Notes: generated by a model from the letters alone, not told the origin. 64,000 nucleotides of DNA from Blastocladiella emersonii ATCC 22665 (GCA_025594325.1 JANHCV010000015.1:620001-684000), one strand, 5' to 3'. Positions 34,151 to 46,496 are shown, numbered from the stretch's first letter. Numbers and translations are program-made.

Positions 34151-37100
34151 ACTAGGGGTGTGTGCTTTGCACACTCTGTCTCAGCAGTAGGCGACTAGGC
34201 TGACTTAAAAATATGCTGGACGTCAAGTTCCGTCCGCGTTGAAAGGCGAGTAGTGAATGACGTGTCAAAATCGCTATGTATTGATGAGCTAAGGACTAGG
34301 TAGTGGTTGCCTCCGCCAGACTTTGCAGTCGAGCGTACTCGGCAAGTTAATGTTGATCCTGTGTTTGATTCAGGCCTTGAATACCTGGATCACGCAGAAT
34401 CCGGCTGTCGTCACCGCGCCGTACTTGCGATAGGATCATGTACAGGAAGCGCGACGGTAACGCTCCACGCGTCATGTCAGCGAGATCAACGATGACCTTT
34501 TCGAGGGTCATCCCTTGGGCCTTGTGCGACGTCAGCGCGTACGCGAGCTCGAGCGGGAACTGGGCTCGATGGATCGTCTTGGATGTGCCGGCCACCTTGT
34601 TCTTGAGGCGGAACGAGGCGATCTCGCGGCGCAGCGGGAAGCAGCCGTCGGGGATCCCGGGTAGCTTGGGAATGCGACCCAGATCCTTGTTGGGCCGGAT
34701 GATGACTGCATCAATGTCGTTGTTCGCGTTGGTGGCAAAGCCTTCAACACAGCCAATGACGCCGTTGACGATGCCGCGACTACACGATGCGAAGCGAGGA
34801 AGCGCTGGTGAGTCCACGCGCCTAATGGCCGGCGAACATGACGCGGAGACGTACGGCGTGTTGATGTTCCGCGTCACGATGATACGCGCGCCAACAAACA
34901 GCTTGAGGGTAGACGGGATGTGGTCCGTCTTGCTCGAGGGAAGCAGTTTTGCGAAGTTAAGTATGCGCTGGTCCTCTCGCTCTGACTGCTGCTCTCAATG
35001 ACGAGCTGCCGCCAAAGGAGTGGTCCGGTTGTGGAGGGCTTGCGGACGAGATCGACGCACTCGAGGTCAAAGATTTCGTCGGGTTGGAGACCAAGGCGAC
35101 GCGCGTGTTTCGCGGCGGCCATCGAGTTCCACGCGTCGCGCACCGAGTTCTGCGCCGTGATGAGGACCTGGTCGCTCCAGTCGTCGAGCTGGCCTGGGTG
35201 CTGGCCCAGTACGACGTCTGCTCGCCGCGAGCCGAGGCACTCGATCACGCGCTGCGAGACGATGCAGTTGCGCAGGTCCTGGAGCACGTTGAGGAAGCTC
35301 GCGTCGCCCGACTGCCGCATCTGCTGCACGAGGAAGAAGACCGAGTCGAAGGCGAGCCATTGATCGCGACCAATGTTGGCGTCAGTTCGAGTTCTGCTGA
35401 CCGCTGGCCGCTCCTTGCGCTTGGACGCGCGCTTCTTCTGCTGCTGCTGCTGCTGAGGCTCGCCGTCGACCTGCATCGAGTCGCCATCATGAGCTGCATC
35501 CACCTCGGGCTCGGGTGCGCGTTCGACCGGCTGCTCAGATGGAACCGTGAGCGAGCGGCTCGAATTGGAAAAAGTCGCAAAACGCGAGGACGTGCAGGCC
35601 ACCAAACGGACGATGGTCGCGGCTCGGGTACAGCGCTTCGAAGCGGAAGTGCATGGCGGCGAACAGCTCGGCGCCGACCATGGAGATCTCGTCGATGAGG
35701 ACAAACTTGACGGGGCGGAACGAGGCCTCGAGCTCGGCCTTGGCTTTGTCGCTCATCAGCTTGGTCGCCGAGACGACAGTACCGATGCCGCACATGGCGT
35801 GGATCGTGGAGCCGCCGATGGGCGCCGCGGCTACGCCAGTCGGCGCGCAGATCTTGAGCCACAAGCTGCAGCCCTAGGTGGTGAACATGTCGCAAATCGA
35901 GTCGATGACGCGACTCTTGCCTGTGCCCGCCTCGCCGTGGACGAGCATGAGGAGCTGCTCGACGTCAGCGTCGCCGCGCTTGATGGCATCAAGCGTCGAC
36001 TCGACGTGCTCGACGTAGAGCCCCCGAAGATACGAAGCGAGCTGCTCCTGCTGCACGAGCTGTACATATACGGCCGGCGGTGCCACACCGTCGTCTGCTT
36101 GAACGAATCGAGCGCGAGGTGGCTCCGTCGAGCGGTTTGCGGCAAACCGACAGGCGTTCTCGTCGGCCTTTTTAGTCAGGTCGGTGTAGTTGACGAGTTC
36201 CGCGAACCACGTCCGATCTGAGTTGACCTTGAGCAGCTGCTGGCGAAGCTCGAGTGGCGGAGCAGGCACGGGCGCGTTCGAGTTTGGGAGCAGTTCGCAT
36301 TGTACTACTGAGATGAGGCCACGTGGTGGTCATTCATGGAGATGATTGACAGGATCTCGTGCAGGAACGCGTCGTTGCCGTGAGCTTCTTACGCGATGCC
36401 GACGGGCGTGATATCACCGTCAGCCTCGTCGTCGTTACCCATGCCAGCACCGCCAGCGCGTCGAAGGTCGACCTGCTCGGGCGTCGCGCTGTTGTCGGCC
36501 TCCGAGTTGTCGACCAGCTTGCCGGGCGACGTTCACGTATTCGCGGAAGTTGTTGATCCACCGGAGCCGGTCGATGCCCTGCTCGAGCGTGTTCTCAAAG
36601 AGATAGAGCGTCTGCAACCACATGTCGCCGCGAACCGGGATAACCATGTTCATGGTCGCGCGCGCATCGCAACGATGAGCTTGCCCACTGCAGAATGCGT
36701 GTCGCGGAACTTGTACCGCGGTTCGGCGTGGCGACCACGCTTGGCGGGTGGCGCGTTGCCGTCTTCAACATAGTCGCCAAGCAGCGGCCGCTGCGTACGG
36801 CCCTAAGTGGCCTTGATGGGCTCTACGCGACAGCATCGCACAAGGTCGTCGAGAAAGAGCGGTACGAGTTCGTTGGGCCGGTGCATGTCGTGGTCGCTGA
36901 TCGTGATCTTGTCGGTGATCGGGCAATTTGAAAACGTAATGCGCTCGTCGTCGTTCTTGTCGTACTGCCCGAGTATACGTTCATCGTCGACTGCCGCAGT
37001 GCCGTTCTCGCCGACGCGATGCACGTTGGCCGTGTTCCACGCTGCGTCCGAACCCGACGGATTTGTGACCATGCGCAGGAGCTGGTATAGGGGGACATGC

Positions 37101-37200
37101 ACGAAGCTGTGCGGCGTGTAGACCCAAGTCTCCTCGCCCTGGCGGATCAGGTCGAGCGCAATCCGTTGGCTATTGAACTCGCGCGCCGACGGGGAGCTCC
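34151..37200 (-). mobile_element. Helitron2-type element copy B (3' end intact, 5' truncated) with Rep-Hel remnant including Walker A and B
   Basis: ACTAGGGG end at 34151, hairpin, and subterminal IR at 34179-34192. LVHGEAGTGKS, APTGVAAAPIGGSTIH, VLIDEISMVG and the REFNSQRIAL Rep-linker motif are present, with stops and frameshifts. No 5' TCTCAGCAGTAGG end was found. Confidence 0.88.
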
Positions 37201-37535
37201 TGGTTGTGTCATCCACTCCTCCGATCCTCTCGAGCAGCGGGATTGCCACGCCAGTATTTTCTGCTAACATTGCGATCAATAATCAACACCGCCATCGTTT
37301 TGCTTCTACCAACATCGAACAAGTAGCGCTTCAGTATGAGGTCGCCGGACCGCCGCCACCTGTCTACTATCGCAATTCGGCCTGGCTGCTTGTCGGCGCT
37401 CAGCTGGAGTTCGCGGCGGGCCTGCGGGGTTTCTCTCTCACTCGGAACCAACCATGTCGGCCGCGACGGACTCTTCGACCGCCATCGCACTGCGCACCGC
37501 CTATCCCGCCAGCTGCTCTCGCCCGTCGACTCTGC

Positions 37536-37600
37536 TGCCTCGCTTGCGCACTAGAACCCGGCCAGCTGGTGCCTCGCTTGCGCACTAGAACCTGGCCAGC
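37536..37600 (+). repeat. Two-copy tandem repeat, 34-bp period (TGCCTCGCTTGCGCACTAGAACCYGGCCAGC)
   Basis: Units start at 37536 and 37570, with one mismatch over 31 bp. Confidence 0.8.
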
Positions 37601-37975
37601 GCTGATTTCGAGACGCCTTCGAGATGCGCCACGTAGGGTAGAAGAGGACCCCCAAGCGAGCCCGAGTATGCCGTCCGCAGCACACCGCTCTCGAAGGCCA
37701 ACCACGCGGTCGAGGCACCAACGAAGCCCGCTTCTCGCGCCTCAAAGATACTCGAGCACCACCCAGCAGTCGGTTCGAGTCGAGCAGATCAGGTCGGGAG
37801 CCATGACCATCAATCACAGGGCATTCATTGCTTTCAAACAGGCAGGCACGCACGAGGGAAGGATTGGGGAGAGGGGGATATTCGATACAGGGCAGTGCGT
37901 GCAGGACACAAAAAATCAGCAGGCCCGACGTCCAATGCACAAAACAACATGACACGACGCGGCGACGACATGACC

Positions 37976-38875
37976 TTAGGTCGGGACCGGGGAGGGCACG
38001 ACGGTCGGAACGAGAATGGAGCTCGGCGCCGTCGGCGTGGGGATCGTGGCCGTGGGCGACGGCACCGTCAGCGTCGGCACGCCCGACGTGGCCGTCGCCG
38101 TGACGGTGCGCGTGCGCGTGGCGACGGGCGGCACGAGGTCGAAGAGCGGGTTGAGCACGCGGTCGATGACGTGGATCACGCCGTTGCTGGCCGGCACGTC
38201 CGCGTAGATGACCTGCGCGTCGTTGACGTACACCTGCTCGCTGCCGTTACCGTCGCCGCCGGGCGACGACTGCTGGACCCGGGCAAACAGCGGGCTCGTC
38301 GCGCGGCCCGTCCCAGAACCGACCCCGACGCCCGACGTCGGCCGCGTCGTCGCCCGCTGCAGCGTCACGTTGAGCGGCGCCAGCGTCGACAGCGTCAGGT
38401 TGCCCGCGCCCAGGGGCGGCACCGCCGACGCGTTGACCGCCGACCCGTTGTGCGCGTGGTACCCGACCAGCTGCAGCCACAGCCGGTCAAACTGGGCCGT
38501 GCCGTTGGCAAACTGGAACAGCGGCTGCGCGACCAGTGGCGCCCACGCCTCGTCGTACGGCGCAAACACCGTCACAATGTTGTCGGTCGAGTTGAGCACC
38601 GTCACCGCACCCGCCGTGTGGTTGCGCGCGATCGACGTCAGGTTCGAGAAGCTCGGGTTGCCCGCGAGCAGCTCCCACACCGTCTGCGACCGCGTGTCCG
38701 AGGGGAACGGCGCGAGACCCGCGGGCGGCGGTGGAAGGGCACCACCGCCGCCGCCCTGGCGCTTGGCGAGGTGCGCGGTCGGGCGCGCGTCGACGCCGAT
38801 GCCGCCGAGGCGCGACGCGGTGCACGCGAGCAGCGCGGCGACGAGCGCGCAGCCGATGGTCGAGGCGAACTTCAT
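37976..38875 (-). CDS. Secreted single-domain fasciclin (FAS1) protein with Thr/Pro-rich tail
   Basis: Signal peptide MKFASTIGCALVAALLA, LAKR dibasic site, TVFAPYDEAW (H1), YH motif and ASNGVIHVIDRVL (H2). Confidence 0.92.
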   Translation of the reverse strand: MKFASTIGCALVAALLACTASRLGGIGVDARPTAHLAKRQGGGGGALPPPPAGLAPFPSDTRSQTVWELLAGNPSFSNLTSIARNHTAGAVTVLNSTDNIVTVFAPYDEAWAPLVAQPLFQFANGTAQFDRLWLQLVGYHAHNGSAVNASAVPPLGAGNLTLSTLAPLNVTLQRATTRPTSGVGVGSGTGRATSPLFARVQQSSPGGDGNGSEQVYVNDAQVIYADVPASNGVIHVIDRVLNPLFDLVPPVATRTRTVTATATSGVPTLTVPSPTATIPTPTAPSSILVPTVVPSPVPT

Positions 38876-40147
38876 CTTGCGGGTGTCGGGTAATTAGGTG
38901 GATAGTCGATGCGGGTGGATCTGCGGGACGGGCGGGCGCGTGTATCGTGGTGAGACACCGAGCGCGCGTGTGCGGGTCCGAGCCGATGCGCGCGGCGGCG
39001 GGGGCGGCGCGACGTACAAGGATACGGCGTCGACGAACGCGAGCGTGTGCGTGGGTGTCGATGCGTAGCTTCGTGGGCGATATCGGATACTCGCGGCTCC
39101 GGAACAGGAGGGAGAGCGGGGGCCGGCGGGGTCTCGGCCGCGGTTTTATCTCATCGGCGCACGGCAGGCGGCCGGCGGCGGCCCGCCCGCCATGGTGCTG
39201 AGACCGGGCGCGCAGATGAGCGCCCCTGAGGCAGCACCGGCCGCAAGTGCGTCCGCCGATCATCGGCGGTTCCAGAAGGACCGCGCGCGCGGCCGCACCG
39301 CCGTGGTCGCGCCGGCGCCCGTCATCTTCGAGTGGGAGACGGTCGCGGACTCGCCGTCATCATGGCCGCCGTGACCGATCCTTGCTCTCGCTGACCCAGC
39401 TCGCACGCGAGACACGTCGCGCGGCCGACTCGCGGCGACACGCACGGCCGTCGTCGGCGCGGAACCGCATGATCTAGCGTGCGCGGGGCCCGGCGCAGGA
39501 GCTGCTCGTTGCGCCGGCTTCGATGGTGCGCGAGTCCATGGTTGAGGTGCTCCCAAGGATGCCGACGGCGGCGACGCTCTCGCCGCTGCCACGTCGAGGC
39601 GTCGCGCGCCGCGCCACGCACGCTGATGGCGCATCCGGTTTTTCCGGCCCGGCGCGTTTTCGCGGGAAACGAGGTCACGTGCGCATAAACCCGGTCCGTC
39701 GGAAGGCCGGGTCGAGCGGGACGCGGAAAATATCGCGGGCGCTATCGGCCGCCATCGCCGCGAACCCGGGCAGGCCGGCGTGTGCGGCGTGCGGCGCCGA
39801 ATTCATGCTTCTGTTGACCACCGCGACCGCGACGTGGACCGCGACCCGCCCCGCTCGGTCGCGCCGCATACATAGCGTCCCCTCCCCTGGCCCGCGTCCC
39901 CCTCGCCCCTAGCCTCTCCCGCGGACTCTCGCTCCACGCAACGCATCGACAACAACGCACACCCACTGCCAGCAGAACGAGCAGCACCGACGACTAGAAG
40001 GCCTCTGCTCTCCTCCTGACCGCCGACCCCGATCCGCCCGCCCACGCACTCTCCGGGCTCTCCCACTGCTTCACGCATCGGCACCGACCATCTTCAAAGA
40101 CCGACTTCGCCCCTCGCACACGCACCGCGCCCACGCTCTCCTCCACC

Positions 40148-42329
40148 ATGGGCCAGAATAGCATGTTCGACGTGACCGACATCGTCATCCTGTCGTCGCT
40201 GGTCCTCGGCGGCGCCTACTGGCTGCTGCGCACGGGCAAGCCGGGCGACGGCAAGGCCGCGGCCGACCCGCGCCTCGCCCCGCGCGCAAAGACCCCCGCC
40301 GACAGCGGGCTCGTCGCCAAGTTCACCGTCGACAAGAAGGACATTGTGTTCCTCTACGGCTCGCAGACCGGCACCGGTACGTTTTCGGGGGGACTCGATC
40401 TGCGTCGCTCGCGATCGGGAGTAGTGCCTGACCTCTGCGCGCGCGTGCCTGTGTGTAGCCGAGGACTTTGCCACGCGCCTGGCCAAGGACGGCAACAAGT
40501 ACGGCCTGCAGTGCGTGGCGGCGGACCCCGAGGACTTTGAGCCCGAGGACCTGGCCAAGATCCCGCGCGACAAGCTGGTCGTGTTCGTCGTCGCGACGTA
40601 CGGCGAGGGCGAGCCGACCGACAACGCCGTGTCGCTGCACGAGTACCTGATGAACGCGGCCGAGGAGCACGCGGGCGGCGACGCCGACGACGCCGAGGGC
40701 AAGCCCCTGCACGGCCTGCGGTACGCCGTCTTCGGCCTCGGCAACAAGACGTACGAGCAGTTCAACGCCACGGCACGCAACGTCGACAAGTGGTGCACGG
40801 CGCTCGGCGCCACCCGCATCGCGCCGCGCGGCGAGGGCGACGACGACGATAACCTCGAGGAGGACTTTGTCCAGTGGCGCGACGAGTTCTGGAAGGAGGC
40901 CGCCAAGCACTTCAAGATCGACCTCGCCAGCGCGGCCGCCGCGGCTGCCGCCTCGGGCCTGTCCACGCGCTCCTTCTCGCTCACCGAGGGCCCCGCCGTC
41001 GAGGCCGCCGCCGCCCACGTGTACCGCGGCGAGCTCGGCGACCCGAAGCTGACCACCTTCGACGCCAAGAACCCCTTCTACGCCAAGGTGCTGCGCACGC
41101 GCGAGCTGTTCTCGGGCAAGGATCCCGGCCGCAACTGCATCCACATGGAGTTTGAGCTCGCCGGGTCGCGCCTGTCGTACCAGCCGGGCGACCACCTCGC
41201 CGTGTGGCCCGAGAACGCGGCCGCCGAGGTCGAGGCGCTCGCGCGCGCGCTGGGGATCGCCGACAAGCTCGACACGGTGTTTGCCCTGACGGCGACGGAC
41301 CCCGCGGCGCGCAAGAAGCACCCGTTCCCGTGCCCGACCACGTACCGCGCCGCGCTCACGCACTACCTCGACATCGCGGTGCCGCCCAAGGCGCATGTCG
41401 TGCAGTCGTGGCTGCCGTACCTCGACGCGGCCAAGCCCGAGGAGGCCGCGTCGCGCGCCTTCTACGCGCGGCTCGCCGAGTCCAAGGACGCGTTCCAGGC
41501 CGACGTGACGGACCGCCACGCGACGGTCGCCGAGCTCCTGATCGCGCACCCCGTCCCGAACCTCCCGCTCGACGTCGCCCTCGAGAGCTTCACGCGCATC
41601 CAGCCCCGCTACTACTCGATCTCGTCGTCGCCGCGCTACGTCGGGTCCAACACCATCGTGCACATCACGGCCACGGTGCTGCGGTACGAGGCAGCCAAGG
41701 GCGGAAAGCAGGTGCACGGGCTCGCCACGCGCAACCTGTTCGACGTGCACGCCCAGCTCGCGGCCAACCCGGGCGCCGCCGTCAAGCTGCCCGTGACGAT
41801 CCGCCACGCCGCCTTCAAGCTGCCGCGGCAGAACGCGACGCCCGTGATCATGATCGGCCCTGGCACCGGTGTCGCGCCGTTCCGCGGATTCATCCAGGAC
41901 CGGTGCGCGGCCGCCAAGCGGCTCGCGGCGTCGGCGCCCTCCGGCACGGTGCCGCCCGCCATGGGCCCGGCGCTCCTCTTCTTCGGGTGCCGGCACCAGG
42001 CGCACGACTACCTGTACGCGGACGAGTGGGAGACCTACATGGACGAGGGCGGGCTCACCGAGATCGTCACAGCCTTCTCGCGCGACGGACCCAACAAGGT
42101 GTACGTGCAGCACAAGCTCGCCGAGTACGCCGACGAGCTCTGGGACCTCCTCGGCAAGCGCGGCGCCCACGTCTACGTGTGCGGCGACGCCAAGAATATG
42201 GCGCGCGACGTCCAGGCGTTCTTCGTCGACCTCGCCACCACCCGCGGCGGGTTGCCTGAGGAGAAGGCGGCCCGGTTCGTCAAGGATCTCCGGAACAAGG
42301 GGCGGTACCTCGAGGACGTGTGGTCGTGA
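40148..42329 (+). CDS. NCP1: NADPH-cytochrome P450 reductase; intron 40377-40458
   Basis: N-terminal membrane anchor, GSQTGT|AEDFA, ATYGEGEPTDNA, RYYSISSS, IGPGTGVAPFRGF, YVCGDAKNMARDV and terminal YLEDVWS. Confidence 0.97.
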
Positions 42330-42936
42330 ACGAGATGGTGATAGTGATGGAGACGGGTGAGTGGTGTTGGGTAGTAGGTTTTATATAGCTTCCAGACTTG
42401 ATTCCCACACGTTTGCGAATCACATGTGTGGCGCAACGCGTCTCGCGTCCGCGCAGATCGGCTTCACACGGAGTGAATCCTGCCTCGTGCTCCGCATTGG
42501 CCCATGCCTTGCTCGCAAACCGAGGGATGACGAAGTCGCGCGGCTCGGCGCGACCTGGCCCTCTGCCGTAACCCTGTTCTGGCCGCTCAGAAGGTCTGCG
42601 TTGGCGCGACGTTGCGAGAGATCGAGATCGTTGGCCCGACCTCGTTCTTCTCCATGCCCACGCGGCGCGATGTCGCACGACCATGGGCAAGATCGTCAAT
42701 GCACGAACGAATTCAGCTCAAGTCGCTCCCGCGGATTCCTGATGCTGAAGAAAGAAAGCGAGAGTGGACTTAAACGCATGTGTCATGACACAGCGATTGC
42801 TTCAACGTCAAATGATTCATTCTCGCGCGGTCCCGTACGTGTCAGGCGACGGCCGGATAGGGCAACACACGCTCCCGCGTCCGCCCGGATCGGTCGTTGT
42901 CCCCGCCAAAGTTCAATGTATGCGCAACTGCACTGG

Positions 42937-44109
42937 CTACAAATCATCATCGCCGAAGCCAAGCCGCTCTGAGTACAGGGTGCGGAGAGGTAGCCCGACC
43001 TGCAAGAGCCGCGGGTCAAGCTCCGTGTCCTCGCGCTCGCCAAATTGCAAGCGAATACTGAACGTGAATCCCATGAGCTCGTTCCTCGTGGCCGATGCGA
43101 GTGCGGCGCGGTCGAAGCGGAGCAAGGCCTCGATGAAGAATTCGGGGTCATCACGTCCAAGCGTTAACTCGCTCATGAATTGTACGTCTTCGGTATAAGT
43201 GAGACCGTGCCGGATGAGCCAGTCAAGTTGAGTGAGAATCTGGTCGTTGCTGCACTTGGTGTGCCACGTCAGACCTAGCATGAGGGCGGCCGAGCCCCCC
43301 ACGCCATCCAGAAGGGCGTGGGTCACTGCACGGCCGTTGAGAGATAGCGGTGACGACTCGAGCAGCTGCACCTTGGCATCCGTGAACGACCAGTGTAAGA
43401 GGCCCCGGGCAGCCAAATACTCGGTCAGCGCCACGGGCGTTGGGATCGGGAAGTCCGTGTACCACTCCTTGAGGCGGAAGTTGAGTTCGTCTGGATAGCA
43501 ACAATCGATCGCGAGCCAATCTTTGCGCGGCAGGCGAGCGTCCAAAAGCAACGGGATCCGTGCGTGGAGCTTGTGCAAGAGCCACTGCAGCCGCTCGAGC
43601 GTGTCGGCGACAAAGAAAAATACGGCGATACGGAGCAGAACGAGAAACGGATCCCACGTCGCGGCAGAGAACGGCGCAGCTTCGGCGGCCCGGATTCGGC
43701 GTGAAGCGCTCTGCGCGAGCTTCTCGGCGTTGGTGATGTTGAGCCTGCCCGCATCGATGCGCGCCGCATGGATCAGGTGCGTGATGAACATGTCCGACAG
43801 GTGGTGCGTGTGGTTGCAGATGTGCGGCTTCTGAGCGGCATCCTCGCCTCCAGTCGCGATCGCGCCGTGCCACAGCCCAAGGAAGAAGCCGATCGGGTCG
43901 CACCCGAACCCCATGGAAGCGCCGTGAACGGGGAGGGTCTTGTTGCACTCGAGGATCAAGTGGCGCGTCCAAGAAAAACACACTGTGCGCTGGCGAGTGA
44001 CCTCGTGGCACGCGCGCGACGCTGCGGCGAGGGTCGAGCGCGGGCTGGCAAGGGCAACGACGAGCTCGAGTGCGTCGTCAGGAAGCGCGCCCAAAGCGAG
44101 TTGGTTCAT
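42937..44109 (-). CDS. Orphan 390-aa protein with F-box-like N-terminus
   Basis: Intact intronless ORF. LGALPDDALELVVAL...LAAASRACHEV fits an F-box pattern. The rest is unrecognised. Confidence 0.6.
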   Translation of the reverse strand: MNQLALGALPDDALELVVALASPRSTLAAASRACHEVTRQRTVCFSWTRHLILECNKTLPVHGASMGFGCDPIGFFLGLWHGAIATGGEDAAQKPHICNHTHHLSDMFITHLIHAARIDAGRLNITNAEKLAQSASRRIRAAEAAPFSAATWDPFLVLLRIAVFFFVADTLERLQWLLHKLHARIPLLLDARLPRKDWLAIDCCYPDELNFRLKEWYTDFPIPTPVALTEYLAARGLLHWSFTDAKVQLLESSPLSLNGRAVTHALLDGVGGSAALMLGLTWHTKCSNDQILTQLDWLIRHGLTYTEDVQFMSELTLGRDDPEFFIEALLRFDRAALASATRNELMGFTFSIRLQFGEREDTELDPRLLQVGLPLRTLYSERLGFGDDDL

Positions 44110-44277
44110 GTTGCAGCAAGTTTCATGCGTTACGTGAAGGTTTTTGATGTTGCTCTAGGGAGTGAAGGTCAACGCCCCAGGCGCGCCTCCAGGTGTGCGC
44201 CTGACGGCGTCAGCTGTCCAACAAAGCGCCTACCCGCCCTTTCTCTTCATCCCCACGCTTCCTTGAAATGAAAACAA

Positions 44278-46152
44278 ATGAATATTACCTTTAACTTGGC
44301 GCAACAAGATTTACCGGCCCTGATCAAGTTTCCTTGCGACGTCCAGCGTCACATCGCATTGTACCTCACCTTCGCGGAGGCCGCCACCTTGCGAGCGACG
44401 AGTCGCTCGGTAAACAGCTCGGACCTGTGGCGCGGCGAACCCACTTGGTCGGCGATCTTTGCCCTTGCAGCAGGCGACGAGGCCCGTTTCACAGCGGCGG
44501 CTCCGCCGTTCCCGCGACCTGATGATCCTATGCCCGACGACAAGCGCGAGCGCTTCCGACACATGTTCATTGACTTTTGCAAATCCTTGACCAACCGTGA
44601 CGTCGGAGATGAAGCACGGTGGCGGATCTTGATCAACTGGACCCACGGCCAGCATCCGCTTGACGCGAGCACGTTTTGGGAGCTTTACCAAAGCGCTTAC
44701 GATTCTTACTCTGCACGGGCCATGCTTGCGCTCGCTACACTTCCGTCGCCCTCGGGCGAGCCCATCCACAAAGTCCTAGTTGCACTCGACCGCCAGCGCT
44801 ACCTTGATCTGGATGCGGACGAATGGGAGCCGGTAGACATGCCAGAGCCACACGCACTTGACATTTTGAACCGCCCTCATTCACATACTAAAATCGCGCC
44901 TGAGGATGCCGCCGCGCTCTTTCGAGCGACCTTCTTTCACGCAGGCAGCACCAACCGCAACGCCGACTCACCTGTCAAACTTACTCATTTACTCTGCGAC
45001 CAGTCTGCTCCAAGTCTACTTGCCCTGTTTCTCGATTCGCCTTCTCAGCTCGTGCATTTCACAGAGTCGCCGATGTTTCAGCTCCTCATCAACTTCATGG
45101 ATGTCTGCTTTCGCTTTGATGACCCAATTTCGGACAGCAGAGCACTTTTGAAGGACCTCATTATGCTCGCTCGCCATGCCGATCCACAGCTCGTCGTTGA
45201 GGACCGTGGCGTACGAATCGAGATCAGCCTGGTCAACGGGATCGACGACATCCGCGCGCGCGTCGAGGCCATAATGCCCAGCGACCGCACGCCCGCTGAC
45301 CTTGACGCCATTCTCCCCATGATCAACACGATTATGGAGGGCGGGAAGCTTTTCCTTGATTATCTTAAAGTGTTTACCAGAGGGTGGGCTCTTTCTGCGC
45401 CGGATCTTAACAGATTTTCCCGCATGGCGCGCCACTGGCGCCCAAACGCTACTTTGCTTCAAGTGATTCCTGAATCATTCTCGCCCACGGACTCCGACGA
45501 TGAGGACGGAGACGAAGATTTGGACAGGATTCTATTCAATAGCACTCATGTCACTCCCCTCGCCAAATGTGTTTCGTACTTTCCGCTCATGCCTGGCCTT
45601 GATGACTTGGTTCCACGGCTACCAAGCGTGTCCGATTCATGGATCCTGCGCTCCAAGCCGTACTCGGACAACGAATGGCACGCGCTTTATGCCCAGCTTA
45701 TGACCGAGTATCACGCTGCGCTCCAAGCCGCTTCGCCTAGCACGCTTGACAAAGTTGATCGGTGGTGGGCGAGCCGCGTCCCAGTCGACATCAGGGCTGT
45801 TCAGGAGCTGCTTGAAGTCAACTACCCCGGGGCACCGGTTATCTCAAGCGGCGAGCCCTTGGATGCGCGCCCAATTGGTGTGAATGGACTCGGGCTACGA
45901 ATGAGCCGCGTAGTCAGAACACTGTCGCCGGATCCAAAGCGCATGACGCGGCTTGGCGAGATCACCACGCTCCGCGGGCGTCCTTGGAAGATGTCGCTCA
46001 AGTGCTTGCAGGAGATCCTCGCTGCGCCGACGGCCTTGCAGAACAAGCCAAATCTCGCCCTGTTCTTTGAAGGTGTGCGCGCGAGCGGAGTGCTTGACCG
46101 CCCCGAGTGCATCAAGTTGCTGGACGAATGGCTCGGCACATCTCACTGGTGA
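44278..46152 (+). CDS. Orphan 624-aa protein with F-box-like N-terminus
   Basis: Intact intronless ORF. KFPCDVQRHIALYLTFAEAATLRATSRSVN fits an F-box pattern. Confidence 0.65.
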   Translation: MNITFNLAQQDLPALIKFPCDVQRHIALYLTFAEAATLRATSRSVNSSDLWRGEPTWSAIFALAAGDEARFTAAAPPFPRPDDPMPDDKRERFRHMFIDFCKSLTNRDVGDEARWRILINWTHGQHPLDASTFWELYQSAYDSYSARAMLALATLPSPSGEPIHKVLVALDRQRYLDLDADEWEPVDMPEPHALDILNRPHSHTKIAPEDAAALFRATFFHAGSTNRNADSPVKLTHLLCDQSAPSLLALFLDSPSQLVHFTESPMFQLLINFMDVCFRFDDPISDSRALLKDLIMLARHADPQLVVEDRGVRIEISLVNGIDDIRARVEAIMPSDRTPADLDAILPMINTIMEGGKLFLDYLKVFTRGWALSAPDLNRFSRMARHWRPNATLLQVIPESFSPTDSDDEDGDEDLDRILFNSTHVTPLAKCVSYFPLMPGLDDLVPRLPSVSDSWILRSKPYSDNEWHALYAQLMTEYHAALQAASPSTLDKVDRWWASRVPVDIRAVQELLEVNYPGAPVISSGEPLDARPIGVNGLGLRMSRVVRTLSPDPKRMTRLGEITTLRGRPWKMSLKCLQEILAAPTALQNKPNLALFFEGVRASGVLDRPECIKLLDEWLGTSHW

Positions 46153-46381
46153 CCGCTTACTGAACCCAGTGATCAGTGAAAGGAAGCAAATGCGAGTTTG
46201 ATACTGTCCCGCGACGCGCGTGATGCTCGAGTCACGCGTGCACGCGTAGCGCCGATCGCGCCACGTTTCTCACCGCTGCGAACGTGGGCGTTCACGCACA
46301 GCTGCAGCCGGTGACTCGCCGCCCGCTCCTCGTCGCCCTCAGAAGGTGGCCGCACCCCCGCCACGGACGTGAGCTCTCCTT

Positions 46382-46496
46382 AGCTCACGTTTCCGGATCA
46401 TCCAGGTGCGTACGGCCGCTTCACCCTCCTTTTCCCTCTTGTTTCCTCTCCATCTTGTCCCCCATCATTCTCTTGAAGCTCACGTTTCCGGATCAT
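46382..46496 (+). repeat. 20-bp exact direct repeat AGCTCACGTTTCCGGATCAT (46382-46401, 46477-46496) around a pyrimidine-rich spacer
   Basis: Read directly from the sequence. Confidence 0.8.

Noticed and set aside
5100-35555. Assembly duplication explaining the A/B identity
   Set aside because: The copies are in opposite orientation with different flanks, and copy A's flanks rebuild a coherent gene. Read-level confirmation is still advisable.
7204-42329. Secondary-metabolite gene cluster (AKR, CPR, methyltransferase-like genes)
   Set aside because: There is no PKS, NRPS, terpene synthase, P450 or transporter, and the genes are far apart and interleaved with housekeeping loci.
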